Both the position numbers and the translations under genes were made by a program. 64,000 bases of DNA, from NCBI GenBank assembly GCA_032718475.1, contig JAUCBJ010001574.1:1-64000 (forward strand), read 5' to 3'. Below the pieces are notes generated by a model. It was not told the origin of the DNA, did not search any database, and worked only from the letters and a program-made list of their open reading frames with translations. This DNA comes from Nemertoderma westbladi (taxonomy: Eukaryota; Animalia; Xenacoelomorpha). Positions 1 to 11,660 of this stretch are shown here, piece after piece (the stretch's first letter is position 1; each line of letters opens with the position of its first letter).

Positions 1-543
1 ACTGACTCTGGTACATTCGAACTTTGCTGCATTGTGCAGTTGTGCCCTATACAGCCATAACAGTACTGCAGTATACAGCTGCAGTACCGGTATGCTTTAC
101 CAATATTACTTTATTACAATCTACACACTGGCGTTCTTTTTACTCTTAATATTATTATGTAAAGTTAAGAACGATACAATGTCTATTCTAATTACATTAT
201 CTTGAAATTTTTAACTCAATTTTAAATTAAAAAATTTTTAAACATTTATTTGCTTATGGTATGCGTATACTCCATTCTACACCCACCAAAGTAGTTAATA
301 ACATCGACAATATTGCAAAAAGTCTATCCTTTATAAATAAATGTGTGTTTATTTTTATTAATATATAAATACCCCGTAGCGCCCAAGTACTACATTTGTA
401 CCATACCTAATAAATCGAGATTGGTTAAAGTTTTGATACTGTTGTTGAAACTATGTTTAAGTTAGACCATTTGGACTTAGTTCTGAAAATATTAATTAAT
501 TATATACCTCGAGTTTTTAGATGTCTGGGTTTTACTAGGTTAC

Positions 544-1664
544 CCCTATTACCACTGGGGTGTTTTGACCATTAGCACCACTGGGGGGGGGGGGGGGGGG
601 CTATTTGGCCAACCCACTATATTATTGTAATCGTCCAATGAAATCCTACAAAATTTGGGCTGTTGGTGAAACAATCATAAATGAACACTTCCAAACCTTA
701 AAAAGTTAAAATTTCATAAGCAGGGAATCATAATTTTGATGAAAAATAAAAGTAGTCCCAGGACAAAATTACAAAATGTTTCGTTTTCTAAAAACGAACA
801 ATGTGGCAGTGTTGGCAAGATTTAGTAGGTTTTTCAAGACGCTGAATCGAATGTGATTATATTCCATTTCCAAAAATTGAAGTGGATGCTATTTTTCGTG
901 CACATACGAAGTGGGCGTGGCACTTCAAATTTTGAAAAATTAGATATTCAGAAAATGCCCCTAATTTTTTATTTCAATCATCTTTTTCATTTTCAATCAT
1001 CAAGCATCTTTATAGGTTTTCTGGGCCGCTGAATCGACTAAAAGTAATATAGAAGCCTGAAGACTTAGTGGTTCGCCATTTTTGGTGCACCAAAATTAGG
1101 GCGTGGCACTCCAAATTTTGAAAAATGAAATGAAAAATTTTGGTGCACCAAAAATGGCGAACCACTAAGTCTTCAGGCTTCTATATTACTTTCAATCGAT
1201 TCAGCGCTCCTGAAAACCAATAAAAATGCTTCGAAATCAAAACTTTAGTAAACTTTCCGAATGAAGTAATTTTGAAATTTTAAAGTGCCTCGTTTTGGTC
1301 TAATTTTGGTGCTCCAAAAATGACGTACCACTACACTTACATACTTGTATAGAGCATTATAGTGATCCAAACCAATAAAAATAAATAAAAATATCCCAAA
1401 CATAAATAATTACTAAATCACGAATGACTTTGTAAAATACGAAAATTTCAAAAAATTTGGTGCTGGAGACCAAATTTTGAGGCGGCACCCACATCGAGAA
1501 GTAGAAATCCAATTGCAACGTCGTTTTTTGTAAAAGAGGCGGCATTAAATTTGGCTAATTCTCAATATAAATTGGGCCGGTACGTATTGTGGTTGCATAG
1601 TTACAGCAACTAAAAACTAGGAAGAGGCCGATTCCCCCCCCCCCCCCCCCCACTGGTAATAGGG
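544..1664. mobile_element. Non-autonomous piggyBac-like MITE with internal palindrome
   Basis: Terminal inverted repeats CCCTATTACCA(C/G)TGGGG at 544 and 1664. Flanks are TTAC (540-543) and TTAA (1665-1668). Internal inverted repeat of ~95 bp (~1000-1095 vs ~1137-1235). No ORF. Confidence 0.6.
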
Positions 1665-1705
1665 TTAAAACAAATTAATTCCCCATTATACTGTACAGTA
1701 CTTAC

Positions 1706-1828
1706 CTACACACGACGTCCCAGCTCCTGTGTATCCCACTTGGCAGGCACAATCGAATGAACCCGGTATGTTGGTACAGTCGGCATTCTCATGACAACCA
1801 TCAGTGTTATCTTGGCATTCGTCTATGT
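1706..1828 (-). CDS. Internal exon encoding one calcium-binding EGF-like domain (host gene fragment)
   Basis: 123-nt phase 1-1 exon bounded by TTTTAG and GTAAG. Translates (D)IDECQDNTDGCHENADCTNIPGSFDCACQVGYTGAGTSCV, with six Cys and the cbEGF consensus (DIDEC, CxNxxGSFxC). Too short for the ORF track. Confidence 0.9.
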
Positions 1829-3377
1829 CTAAAATATGTGAAGTTTCAAAAAATTTAGTCATTTAATTTAATATAATTGTATAATAATTATAATTGTAAT
1901 GTGTTGTTACAGTTTGCGTTGTTGGCATGGCAATCATTGGTCGTGTAGTACCGGTAAATGTAAACAGATTCTATATCATTTGTATAACTCAATAAGTATA
2001 ATCATTATATAACAATATATAATAATATATTGACTCAATAGGTGCCATGCGATTCCGTGTCAACATTTCCAAAAGCCGAATGACATCGAGCCATCGATAC
2101 GGACTCCTCAATAGACTATAGAGACAAACTCTTATTGAAGGAAAACAAACTCAATATCGTCTTTCGAACCTTTTCGGCGGTCGTTTCAAAGGTATAAACA
2201 CTGGTAAATGTCTACCATTGAAACTCGTTACATAATGATGGGAGAAAGATCAGCCCCAACTCGACGATCTTGAACTCATTCTGCATAAGACAAACTCGAT
2301 GAGTCAGATCTTGATTGCGACATATGAACTCCAGGCCGACCCCATTGAACTCTAGGCTAACTCATATTATTTAGGACCCTTTATATATATATATATATTT
2401 GATTGCTTCTATAGTTCCCTTCATGGAACAAGGCAGCAGTAAAAAGATTTTTCTTGTTTGTGTGGTGAAGGAAAAATTTAATTCATTTATACTGATTTAT
2501 ATGAATTACCTCTGGGGGAGAAATTTAATTTGTGATGTGTATTTAAATAACCTCAAAACGAAACCGCATATATGTTTGGTCAAAATTCAAAGCAAACACC
2601 AGGCAGTCATGCAGTGCAGTTTATTTTTGCAGGACAGAACTATTTTTCAAATTTCCAAAGTCTTGGCTCAGAAACCTTTTCTTTTATAACCATTTTTTTT
2701 ACGAAATTTACCATGGGGGGAGTGTAATTGATTTGTCACGGCTTCGTAATCAGCACTATAAAAACACACTCCCTCGTGATAATAATTTTAGATGCAGTAT
2801 AAAAATTTCCATATCATTCCCCATCCACAACCCTTATTCAAACAACCTATCATTGCCATCCAATATCCAACGTCCCTTGCCCTTTACAGTGACCCTCAAA
2901 CACCAATAAACCCACCAGTCAGCAATATCTCCCCTGGCAACTCTCCCAATTATCTCCACCCAATGGGAGAGCCTCACTCGCATTAGCCGGCCCAATCCTC
3001 TTATACATCAACCAGGGAATTATTATATCCAATAATAACTCCCAGTGACATAAAGTTCAGTGTATACGTTTATTGGACAGTTTACCTGTCAATTTCAATT
3101 ATAACTTCAACGTGTATTTAACAGATTCTTGCTAAAGAAAGACCACTATCCTTAGAAAGTGATAATTAGGGGTCAACTCCTTATTGACCCTGAATACCGG
3201 GTTTATAAGGGGCCACATTTCAATAATACAACAGTCTGTAACTCTTGGCCTTGTAGATGGCAGCCCTTGGCACCCTATCTTGGCTCTGTTCTCATCAGTC
3301 GGGCTGGTATGTTCCTATACCCACCTTTACTTCGCCTAATGTCGGTGGGGCTTAGGATAATAATAATAATAATTAGG

Positions 3378-3492
3378 ATAATAAAGTACAACAACGAGTA
3401 ACAATGAGTAACAACGTGCAACAATGAGCAACAACGAGCAACAATGAGCAACAACGAGCAATAATGAGCAACAATGAGCAACCAAAATAACA
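3378..3492. repeat. Short (CAACAATGAG/CAACAACGAG)n array, reverse complement of the 8230-8950 array
   Basis: Direct reading of 10-bp units. Confidence 0.85.
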
Positions 3493-4105
3493 ATAAATTT
3501 TGGTGGTAACCAAAACAATCAACGAAAGTTACGACATGTTACAAGATTATGGGTCCGGTCACAAAAAGCTGAGGAAATAAGAGTCCGGTCAATAATACAC
3601 AAGTAAAATATAAATCAAATATAAATCAAATATATATCAAATATAAAGCTTCAATACGGTATTTAGAGTGTCCGGTTCGGTCAGTAGCCACTTCCCTGTG
3701 ACTCCTGAGCAACTAACTGACTAACCTTAACCCAGTAACCTAAATAATAAATCAAATACAAAATAGATATGGCCTACCCCATCCCACAAGCTATACAGTA
3801 GTCTGTAATATAGAACGCTATGCAGACTTCAGGACTGCCGGGCAATCAGGTCACTGTCGAACTGTATAAAATACGAAATAATACTACGAAAACCAGTTCA
3901 CACTTCACTTCACAGTACCGTACATCAGATAGTCAGAACCAGATTATAAATTAAGGGGCGAGAGGGCCCTGAAACCGCATTGTATGTACCGACAATAGAA
4001 CTACATGACTTTACGGCAATTCATTAATTATCTCCAGCATTAGGTTTTGTTAGTACTGCGGTACCGGTAAGTTTCAACGACACTATCCGAACAGAACAAG
4101 ACTGA

Positions 4106-4524
4106 ACAAGCGGGTCCCGGAAGGAACATTGACTGAATGATTCCATGGAGGGAAATTTAAATGTAATAGTTGACTACTATCGCCAGTTGAGTTAGACACT
4201 AACACATTTAGGCAGTTAGGTATTTGTATTATAACAATAAATGTATTTCAGTGTTATTGTCATCGACAACTTTTAATATTGAATGGAAGACTCATCCACA
4301 TCCTGTAGTATTTGTGACAAATTATTTTCATGTGTCGGTAATTTAAACAAACATCGTAAAACTGTTCACGATCAAGAAGTTGTTACCGTTAGCGGTCGTA
4401 AGAGGAAATGCGAAGGAAGCGAAGATGACTCGTCGCCATCGGCAGTAATAGACTGCATGGTGTGCTTGTCATGGTGTGTGGTACCACGTTCACCAAGAAG
4501 AGTAACTTATATGTACATCAACGA
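4106..4524 (+). pseudogene. Inverted duplicate of the 5' end of the MULE transposase gene (C2H2 finger region)
   Basis: Reverse complement of 7625-8029. Same MEDSSTSCSICDKLF start at 4283, plus a 14-bp insertion near 4465. Confidence 0.9.
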
Positions 4525-4776
4525 ACGTAACCGTCAGGGTTGATTAGTTGCTTGAGATCTTCTTCATCAAAGTCGGCGAACGCCAATACGGTGTATCCGT
4601 CAATTAGTCTTCCGGTCTTCCTATCTGTAGATCCGTCGTAGGATAGTGATGATATTGCGGGCCCATGTATCTTGGTTATAGAATTATATTCTAGAACTTT
4701 CGCCTGGAAACATGGCGTTAAATAATAAATATTAATATGAACATATAGTGCTCATAATATATATAGCGCATTTATT

Positions 4777-5161
4777 GATGGGATGGGATGGGATGGGATG
4801 GGATGGGATGGGATGGGATGGGATGGGGTGGGGTGGGGTGGGGTGGGGTGGGGTGGGGCGGGGCGGGGCGGGGCGGGGCGGGGCGGGGCGGGGCGGGGCG
4901 GGGCGGGGCGGGACGGGACGGGACGGGACGGGACGGGACGGGACGGGACGGGACGGGACGGGACGGGACGGGACGGGACGGGACGGGACGGGACGGGACG
5001 GGACGGGACGGGACGGGACGGGACGGGACGGGACGGGACGGGACGGGACGGGACGGGACGGGACGGGACGGGACGGGACGGGACGGGACGGGACGGGACG
5101 GGACGGGACGGGGCGGGGCGGGGCGGGACGGGACGGGACGGGACGGGACGGGACGGGACGG
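4777..5161. repeat. Compound pentanucleotide microsatellite (GATGG)n-(GGTGG)n-(GGCGG)n-(GACGG)n
   Basis: Direct reading. Confidence 0.97.
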
Positions 5162-5162
5162 T

Positions 5163-6118
5163 CGCGAAGCCACGAAGTTGGCGGAGCCTTAGCGAATTGA
5201 CACTGTTAGGGGGTGGGTCAATTTATGCAAATAGTTGTCGTCGTCGTCGTCGTCGTCGTTGCCGTCGTCGTCCTCGTCGTCGTCGTTGTCGTCGTCATTA
5301 CGATTTTGACATGCTAATAACTTTGTCGGATTTAAAGCTGCCAAGTTGAAAATTTGTAGGTATCAATATGAGCAAAAGTTGAGATTTTTGAGAGACTTTC
5401 AGACACCATCAGTGCAATGGTCTCCCGCTAGAGGGCCACATGTCTAAACATTAAATGGCCACCCATTTCTTTGCTTTTAATCCGTTTAAGCTGAAACTTG
5501 GGAAGTATGTACTAGACCATTAGCTGTAAATTTCAAAGGAGGCTAATCTGTCTGCAGTTCTCCAGTCTGCCGCTAGAGGGCGAAATGTCCCGAATGTGAA
5601 ATTATTCTTCCATTTAGTTGTTTATGATCTGATTACGCTGAAACTTGTCATATATGTACTAGATGACATCCTGAGTCTTTGTGTGGATTGTAATCGGTCC
5701 GAAGTTTTCCAGTCTGCCGGTAGAGGGCCACATGTCTAAACATTAAATGGCCACCCATTTCTTTGCTTTTAATCCGTTTAAGCTGAAACTTGGGAAGTAT
5801 GTACTAGACCATTAGCTGTAAATTTCAAAGGAGGCTAATCTGTCTGCAGTTCTCCAGTCTGCCGCTAGAGGGCGAAATGTCCCGAATGTGAAATTATTCT
5901 TCCATTTAGTTGTTTATGATCTGATTACGCTGAAACTTGTCATATATGTACTAGAAGACATCCTAAGTCTTTGTGTGGACAGTAATCGGTCCGGAGTTTT
6001 CGAGTCTGCCGCTAGAGGGCGAAATGTAGGAAAGTGATAACCTTCGCGAATTCCTTGATCTTAATCTATTTAAGCTGAATTTTGGAATATACAGTACCGG
6101 TATGTACTAGAAGAATTT
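5163..6118 (+). mobile_element. Helentron/DINE-1-like (HINE) non-autonomous element, truncated, with internal ~146-bp tandem repeats
   Basis: Same 5' module and (GTC)n microsatellite as 16223-16743. Alternating 145/147-bp monomers form a 292-bp dimer. The class call is inferred from architecture. Confidence 0.55.
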
Positions 6119-6461
6119 CTAAGCCGATGTTCCGAGGCTCAGAAAAGGTAAAACAAAAACCGTAATGCATTGCGCGGTTTTCCATAGGCCTCTGTACAAG
6201 ATAAAATGAAAATCGCTCTGATTGGCTGAGCGAGCTGAACAAAGAGATGTTCCACGTTTACAGTAAATCAGCTGACAGATTTCGTCATCTGAGTTCCAGT
6301 CTTTTAGAGTATTAGGCGCATTGCGGCAGAAAATGGCTTGTTATGTCCGCTAAAACACCCACACGGTACATTGCGGAGAAAATGGCTTGTTATGTCCGCA
6401 AAAACACCTACACGGTATATTGTGGAGAAAATGACTTGTTATATCCGCAAAAGCTTTTACA
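6119..6461 (-). mobile_element. BEL/Pao LTR fragment (5' part), closely related to LTR A
   Basis: Ends GCAAAAGCTTTTACA, which reads TGTAAAAGC... on the minus strand. Matches 20058-20345 with one extra ~40-bp subrepeat. Truncates the MULE ORF. Confidence 0.9.
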
Positions 6462-7852
6462 CACAACCTCAGTTAGGCACCGATGAAACACTTCTTTCTC
6501 CTTTATTTCAAGTAACACTCTTAAAGTCTTGTAAACTTCGCTCTTAAGTAAAGAATCGCCATCAATTTTGGACAACCCCTTTCTCCATGCTCTATCAATG
6601 TGCCAAATGGACCATAATTTCTTAGCCAGTTCACCCATTATTGCTTCCCAAGCGTTAGCATAGGCCTCGGCCATATCTGTCATGATTATAACCTCTGGTA
6701 TTGAACCGGCTCCACTTTCCTTTACCACTTTGAGAAATACTTTCATTGCTTCAGTGTCAACTCTGTTGCTGTAGCAAAATGCTGCAGGAAATCCCTCAGC
6801 ATGGTCATCAACTACAAGGAGTGTTGTAAGCTGGAAATCATACTGATTTAGTCAATGTGTCGAATCGAGAGCAACCTCACAGCCTGGCTTACCAAACTCT
6901 TTTAACATATAAAGCTGAAATTCAGTCATTATTATCAACATGAAGTCATCCTCTAGTAAACCGTTGTTGACTTCATCCTTGTCACCTTGATATTTTATAT
7001 ATCTAACCAGATTTTCGCCGCTATTTCTAGTCATCTGTACCCATGCAGCAACGCTTTCAGCATCATTGCTATGAAATACATACGAACTCTTCAGTCCAAA
7101 ATCACGCGCAATGTTTTTTATATCTTGCCGATTAATAAGGTGCAATCTAGAAACTGACGAATTGTCTAATGATGTTCGTATCGAATCTAATACGTCGCCC
7201 ATAGACACACCAGCAGATAGTTTACCAGCAACCTCGACCCTCTGCTCCGTTGTTAACCTTAAGTGACAAAGATCGTCTTCATGCCCAGCGTGATTTGGGC
7301 GAAACATTACCTCAACAACACCTGATTTATAAAACTTGGCTGTAAGACCAGAAGGGCACACAGAATTAATTTTTACAGATTCCTGAATCTTCAGTTCCTT
7401 TTTTAAACTCCCATTACTCTCATAATATCCGCTTCTATAGCAGACGAAATACCGTATTTCGGTTTCACTGAAAACTTTTGGACCAGTTCTCGCAACGTAA
7501 CGCTGGTTCGTTTTGGCTTCTTCATCAGACTTCCATTTAAAAAAATCTTCCTTGCCGTTAAACGTTAATTTCTTAGCATCAGGTGGAATAATTTCTATAT
7601 GGCTATTGACTCCATGTTTATTGATCGTTGATGTACATATAAGTTACTCTTCTTGGTGAACGTGGTACCACACACCATGCAGTCTATTACTGCCGATGGC
7701 GACGAGTCATCTTCGCTTCCTTCGCATTTCCTCTTACGACCTCTAACGGTAACAACTTCTTGATCGTGAACAGTTTTACGATGTTTGTTTAAATTACCGA
7801 CACATGAAAATAATTTGTCACAAATACTACAGGATGTGGATGAGTCTTCCAT
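6462..7852 (-). pseudogene. Mutator/MULE-family DDE transposase pseudogene with N-terminal C2H2 zinc fingers
   Basis: Frameshifted segments: two CxxC..H fingers, YFVCYRSG...KINSVCP...HAGH, ALDSTH, LTTLLVVDDHAEGFPAAFCYSN, IIMTDMAEAYANAW and WSIWHIDRAW. These match MULE transposase domain motifs. Confidence 0.85.
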
Positions 7853-8228
7853 TCAATATTAAAAGTTGTCGATGACAATAACACTGAAATACATTTATTG
7901 TTATAATACAAATACCTAACTGCCTAAATGTGTTAGTGTCTAACTCAACTGGCGATAGTAGTCAACTATTACATTTAAATTTCCCTCCATGGAATCATTC
8001 AGTCAATGTTCCTTCCGGGACCCGCTTGTAAGCCTGATAGATTGAAATCAGGTAAACTGATAAATATTTGTAGGCCTACCGGTCCCGGTATAGCAGTATT
8101 GTGCACCATCTTGATGACATTGAGGGTATGGAAGCATTTTTTATTAAGTTCTTGGTTGGGAATTTATTTATATCCTACATACAGACATATATATTCGGGA
8201 TTACTGGGATACATTATACTGCTAGTAT

Positions 8229-8950
8229 CATTGTTGCTCGTTGTTGTACTTTATTAATGCTCGTTGTAGCTCATTGTTGCTCGTTGTTGTTCATTTTTGT
8301 TCGTTGTTGCTCATTGTTGCTCGTTGTTGTACTTTATTATTGCTCGCTGTTGCTCATTGTTGCTCGTTGTTGCTCATTGTTGCTCGTTGTTGTACTTTAT
8401 TATTGCTCGCTGTTGCTCATTGTTGCTCGTTGTTTCTCATTGTTGCTCGTTGTTGCTCATTGTTGCTCGTTGTTGTACTTTATTATTGCTCGCTGTTGCT
8501 CATTGTTGCTCGTTGTTTCTCATTGTTGCTCATTGTTGTTCGTTGTTGCTCATTGTTGCTCGTTGTTGTACTTTATTATTGCTCGCTGTTGCTCATTGTT
8601 GCTCGTTGTTGTACTTTATTATTGCTCAATGTTGCACATTGTTGCTCGTTGTTGCTCATTGTTGCTCGTTGTTGCTCATTGTTGGTCGTTGTTGCTCATT
8701 GTTGCTCGTTGTTGCTCATTGTTTTTCGTTGTTGCTCATTGTTGCTCGTTGTTGTACTTTATTATTGCTCGTTGTTGTACTTTATTATTGCTCGCTGTTG
8801 CTCATTGTTGCTCGTTGTTGTACTTTATTATTGCTCGTTGTTGCTCATTGTTGCTCGTTGTTGCTCATTGTTGCTCGTTGTTGCTCATTGTTGCTCGTTG
8901 TTGCTCATTGTTGCTCGTCGTTGCTCGTTGTTGGTCATTGTTGTTCGTTG
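8229..8950. repeat. (TTGTTGCTCG/TTGTTGCTCA)n minisatellite with TACTTTATTA variant units
   Basis: Direct reading. Confidence 0.95.
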
Positions 8951-9748
8951 TGCATTTTAGCATCTACCTTTCATTAGTGCATGCGCCCTCTGCCCGTAGG
9001 CTCATTGGAGCAACCTACGGTCAAACATCTGAGTCGTAGGACAAAGTAGCAGCCATAGCCAACTTCCTGCATCCAATCGGTCCCGCCCCGGTTTGGACAC
9101 CGAAAGTAACCTGGTGTTTGCACTATTGCCAAGTTTCTAATAGCGTTAAGCCGCACCAAGTATTTTACGACTTATTTTCAAATACTTTATTCGACTAAAA
9201 CCCTATTTTTACTAAAAACACGACTTTATTCCATTTAGACTATTTTTCCATTAAACCTTTACAGACTGTAAATTACTTTAGCACAGAAACGACTAAATAC
9301 TATATTTTCTGTTCTATCCTGTTGGTTACAATTGTTTGGATTGTATTTTTTGTACTATTTTTCGAGGCTATACTTTGGATCCTAACGAACACCCCTCACC
9401 CGGTTTCTCTTTTTCCACCTTCCCAGAGGTTTTTCTGTGGTGTTACGTAGCGTACATTATTAGTATCCAAGGAAGACATTAATAACAACTGAAAAATATA
9501 AATCACGGTGTTTTTGTACTATCATTGTAAATTACTAGTCGTCGAAGGACCGTGTTTTATGCGGGTTAATTCAAGTCACTCATCTCGACCGAGAAACCAA
9601 AACAGTAAACGAAGTGTGTTGAGATACTTTTATAAGCTGTTTAGGAGATTATCGTGCTGAAGCCATGAGATATCCTTTACAATGGGATTCATTACAAACT
9701 AGTACACAACCTTCGAAGGACATTCATTTCAACCTAGGATAGAATTAT

Positions 9749-11660
9749 TGTTCGCGCTTTCAGACCTTTAGCAGTTTAACCTGCCAAATTTAGATGTCTT
9801 CTAGATTATAAATCGACTTTAGCCTATGACGAGTATTTGATACACTACATTAGCCGAAGCCAGTCTATGCGCGACCATTCACCCGCTGGATATACCCGGG
9901 AGACTGGATTCGGAAGCTTTGACCTTATTGCGGTGTAGGCCTACTGTATTATTCGACTGATAGTTAATATATAATGTCTGACAAATATTATTCACTTTCG
10001 GGAAATATCAACAGTTCCTTTAGGACGTGGCGCTCTAAATATGTAAACAGAGTTATGACTTACACTAGACACAACGGGATGGCTATGGATTCACGTATAA
10101 AGCGCATTCTTTAGGAGATGCTTTGTTATCAGTCACAATCATGCACACTACCGCACAATGCTGCACACCGATCTGCCGACCTTCACTAATTTTAGTCACA
10201 TATAAAGAGAACAACAACCGACACATGTAGTGCCTGTGAAATAGCATTAGATTCACTCCAAAACCACTTTAATGTAAGTCGCAATTGCTATATGTAACCG
10301 GTCTCTTACCTTCAGTATATCAAGAAGATTGGGGGTTTTATGATTATTTATAGATATTATCCAAATATAATAATATTCCATCAACTGATATAATTAATAA
10401 CCGACAGTAAATAGCAGTAAAATTGCGGTGTTTGTAGGTGACAATATGATTTGCATTGATATGCAGAGTGTTGAGTTGGTATGGTTTGATTAGTTTGTGG
10501 TTTGATTTGTGGTTTGATAACAGTTATACATTTCTATGACCAAAGCCTACTAATGTTTGGCTAAAGCCTGAAACACAGTAATTCCAAAGCCGGTCTTCTG
10601 GCTGTGGACAAAATACACATACTGACTCAATTGCATGAGTTTCTGTATACAATCTCCAACACAGAGTGAAAACCGCTCTGATTGGTCGACCGAACAAAGA
10701 ACGAACAAAGAACAAAGAAAAGTTACACGTGGACACATCAGCTGTTAGATGTCGTCATGGTAACTACACTGTATCAAGAGGATTTTGGCTTATTGCGACT
10801 TTGCGGGGAAAATAACTAGCTAGATCCGCAAAAGCCTTTACACCGCTCCCAGAAAATGGGATTTAATTCTATAAAATATAAAAAATCACAGTTTCTAAAA
10901 TATAAAAATACTCTAAACAGTTACTTTTTCTTGCGCGGACGGCGTTTACGCAGTTTTTTGAGGCTAGCAAGAGTCCTTTTCTCTTTGGGGCGAGCCAGTT
11001 TACTAGGAGGGCTATAACCCTTGGGTGAAGGGTGCAATACAATTGCATCAGAAGGTTTAGGGTTATGGTCGGTGTATCCGCCAGTCGAGGTACCCGGTTG
11101 ATCAGTATCAACCTCAGTGGAACGAGGTCGAACAACCTTGAGAGCGTGTTTTGAGACAGCAGCTCTTACTGGTCCCTGACGGGTCGTCTGAACGATAGTG
11201 GTAGGTGGACCGTGTATAGTGAGAAATTTCCTCGGTTTGATGATTCTTTCCAACTCGCGTTCTCGAGCTCTATCGGAATCGATATGCTTCTCCTCGAGCT
11301 GATTTTCCTCCGCTTGTCGTTGAAAACATTTGTCCAAACTCTTGCAGAAAGTAGAGCCATCCAAGTTCGATATCTTCTTAGAGATTCTGGATTTCCTGAT
11401 CGAACTGAGATAAAGCTAATTCGTTTACCGCTTGGACTTGTTGCTGCAATTTACGTTTCTCTAAACAATTGTAAGTTCCTTTTCCGATTTTCTGCCGAAT
11501 AGCGTCTAACGCGTTTCGCACAACGCTCTCTTCGACTTCAGTAACGGGTTGTATCGGGTTTAAGCCTGGACGGTTGTACGGGTTAAACGGCGATATTAGA
11601 TGACCGCGTCCTAATCCGGCTAGGTAGGGTTGGCAAATATCTAGTGAGCCCACTACCGGA
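9749..11660 (-). mobile_element. BEL/Pao element E: 3' remnant (3' LTR 9749-10842, PPT, degenerate accessory ORF)
   Basis: LTR termini TGTAAA/GCGCGAACA on the minus strand. PPT GGGAGCGG at 10843-10850. 10843-11645 is homologous to 49590-50193 of element C. Confidence 0.9.
10921..11653 (-). pseudogene. Degenerate extra ORF upstream of the PPT with a basic C-terminus
   Basis: ORFs 11378-11653 and 10921-11364. Homologous peptides in element C (HPSP..Y.PPSK.A.PKEK..LAS.KKLRK.RPRKK), with many synonymous differences in the sense frame. Confidence 0.6.

Noticed and set aside
1-46. Possible next exon of the EGF gene (minus strand, GHNCTMQQSSNVPES)
   Set aside because: Weak acceptor context, cut by the window edge, no recognisable domain.
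3230-3350. Possible hammerhead ribozyme (CTGATGAG on the minus strand)
   Set aside because: No correctly placed GAAA core or three-stem junction could be built by eye.
4748-5349. GTGRD/PSRPV-repeat ORFs
   Set aside because: Translations of a pentanucleotide microsatellite, open in most frames.
8101-9039. Long Cys/Leu-rich hydrophobic ORFs in three frames
   Set aside because: Artefact of a stop-free 10-bp minisatellite.
8985-9120. GC-rich hairpins resembling an HDV-like or twister ribozyme
   Set aside because: Simple hairpins are present, but the required pseudoknot pairings and catalytic junction could not be assembled; a covariance-model search is needed.
9737-9748. Possible PBS-like flank after LTR E
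   Set aside because: Only 4 nt (ATAA) match its primer segment. E is a 3' LTR with a PPT on the other side, so this is treated as host flank.
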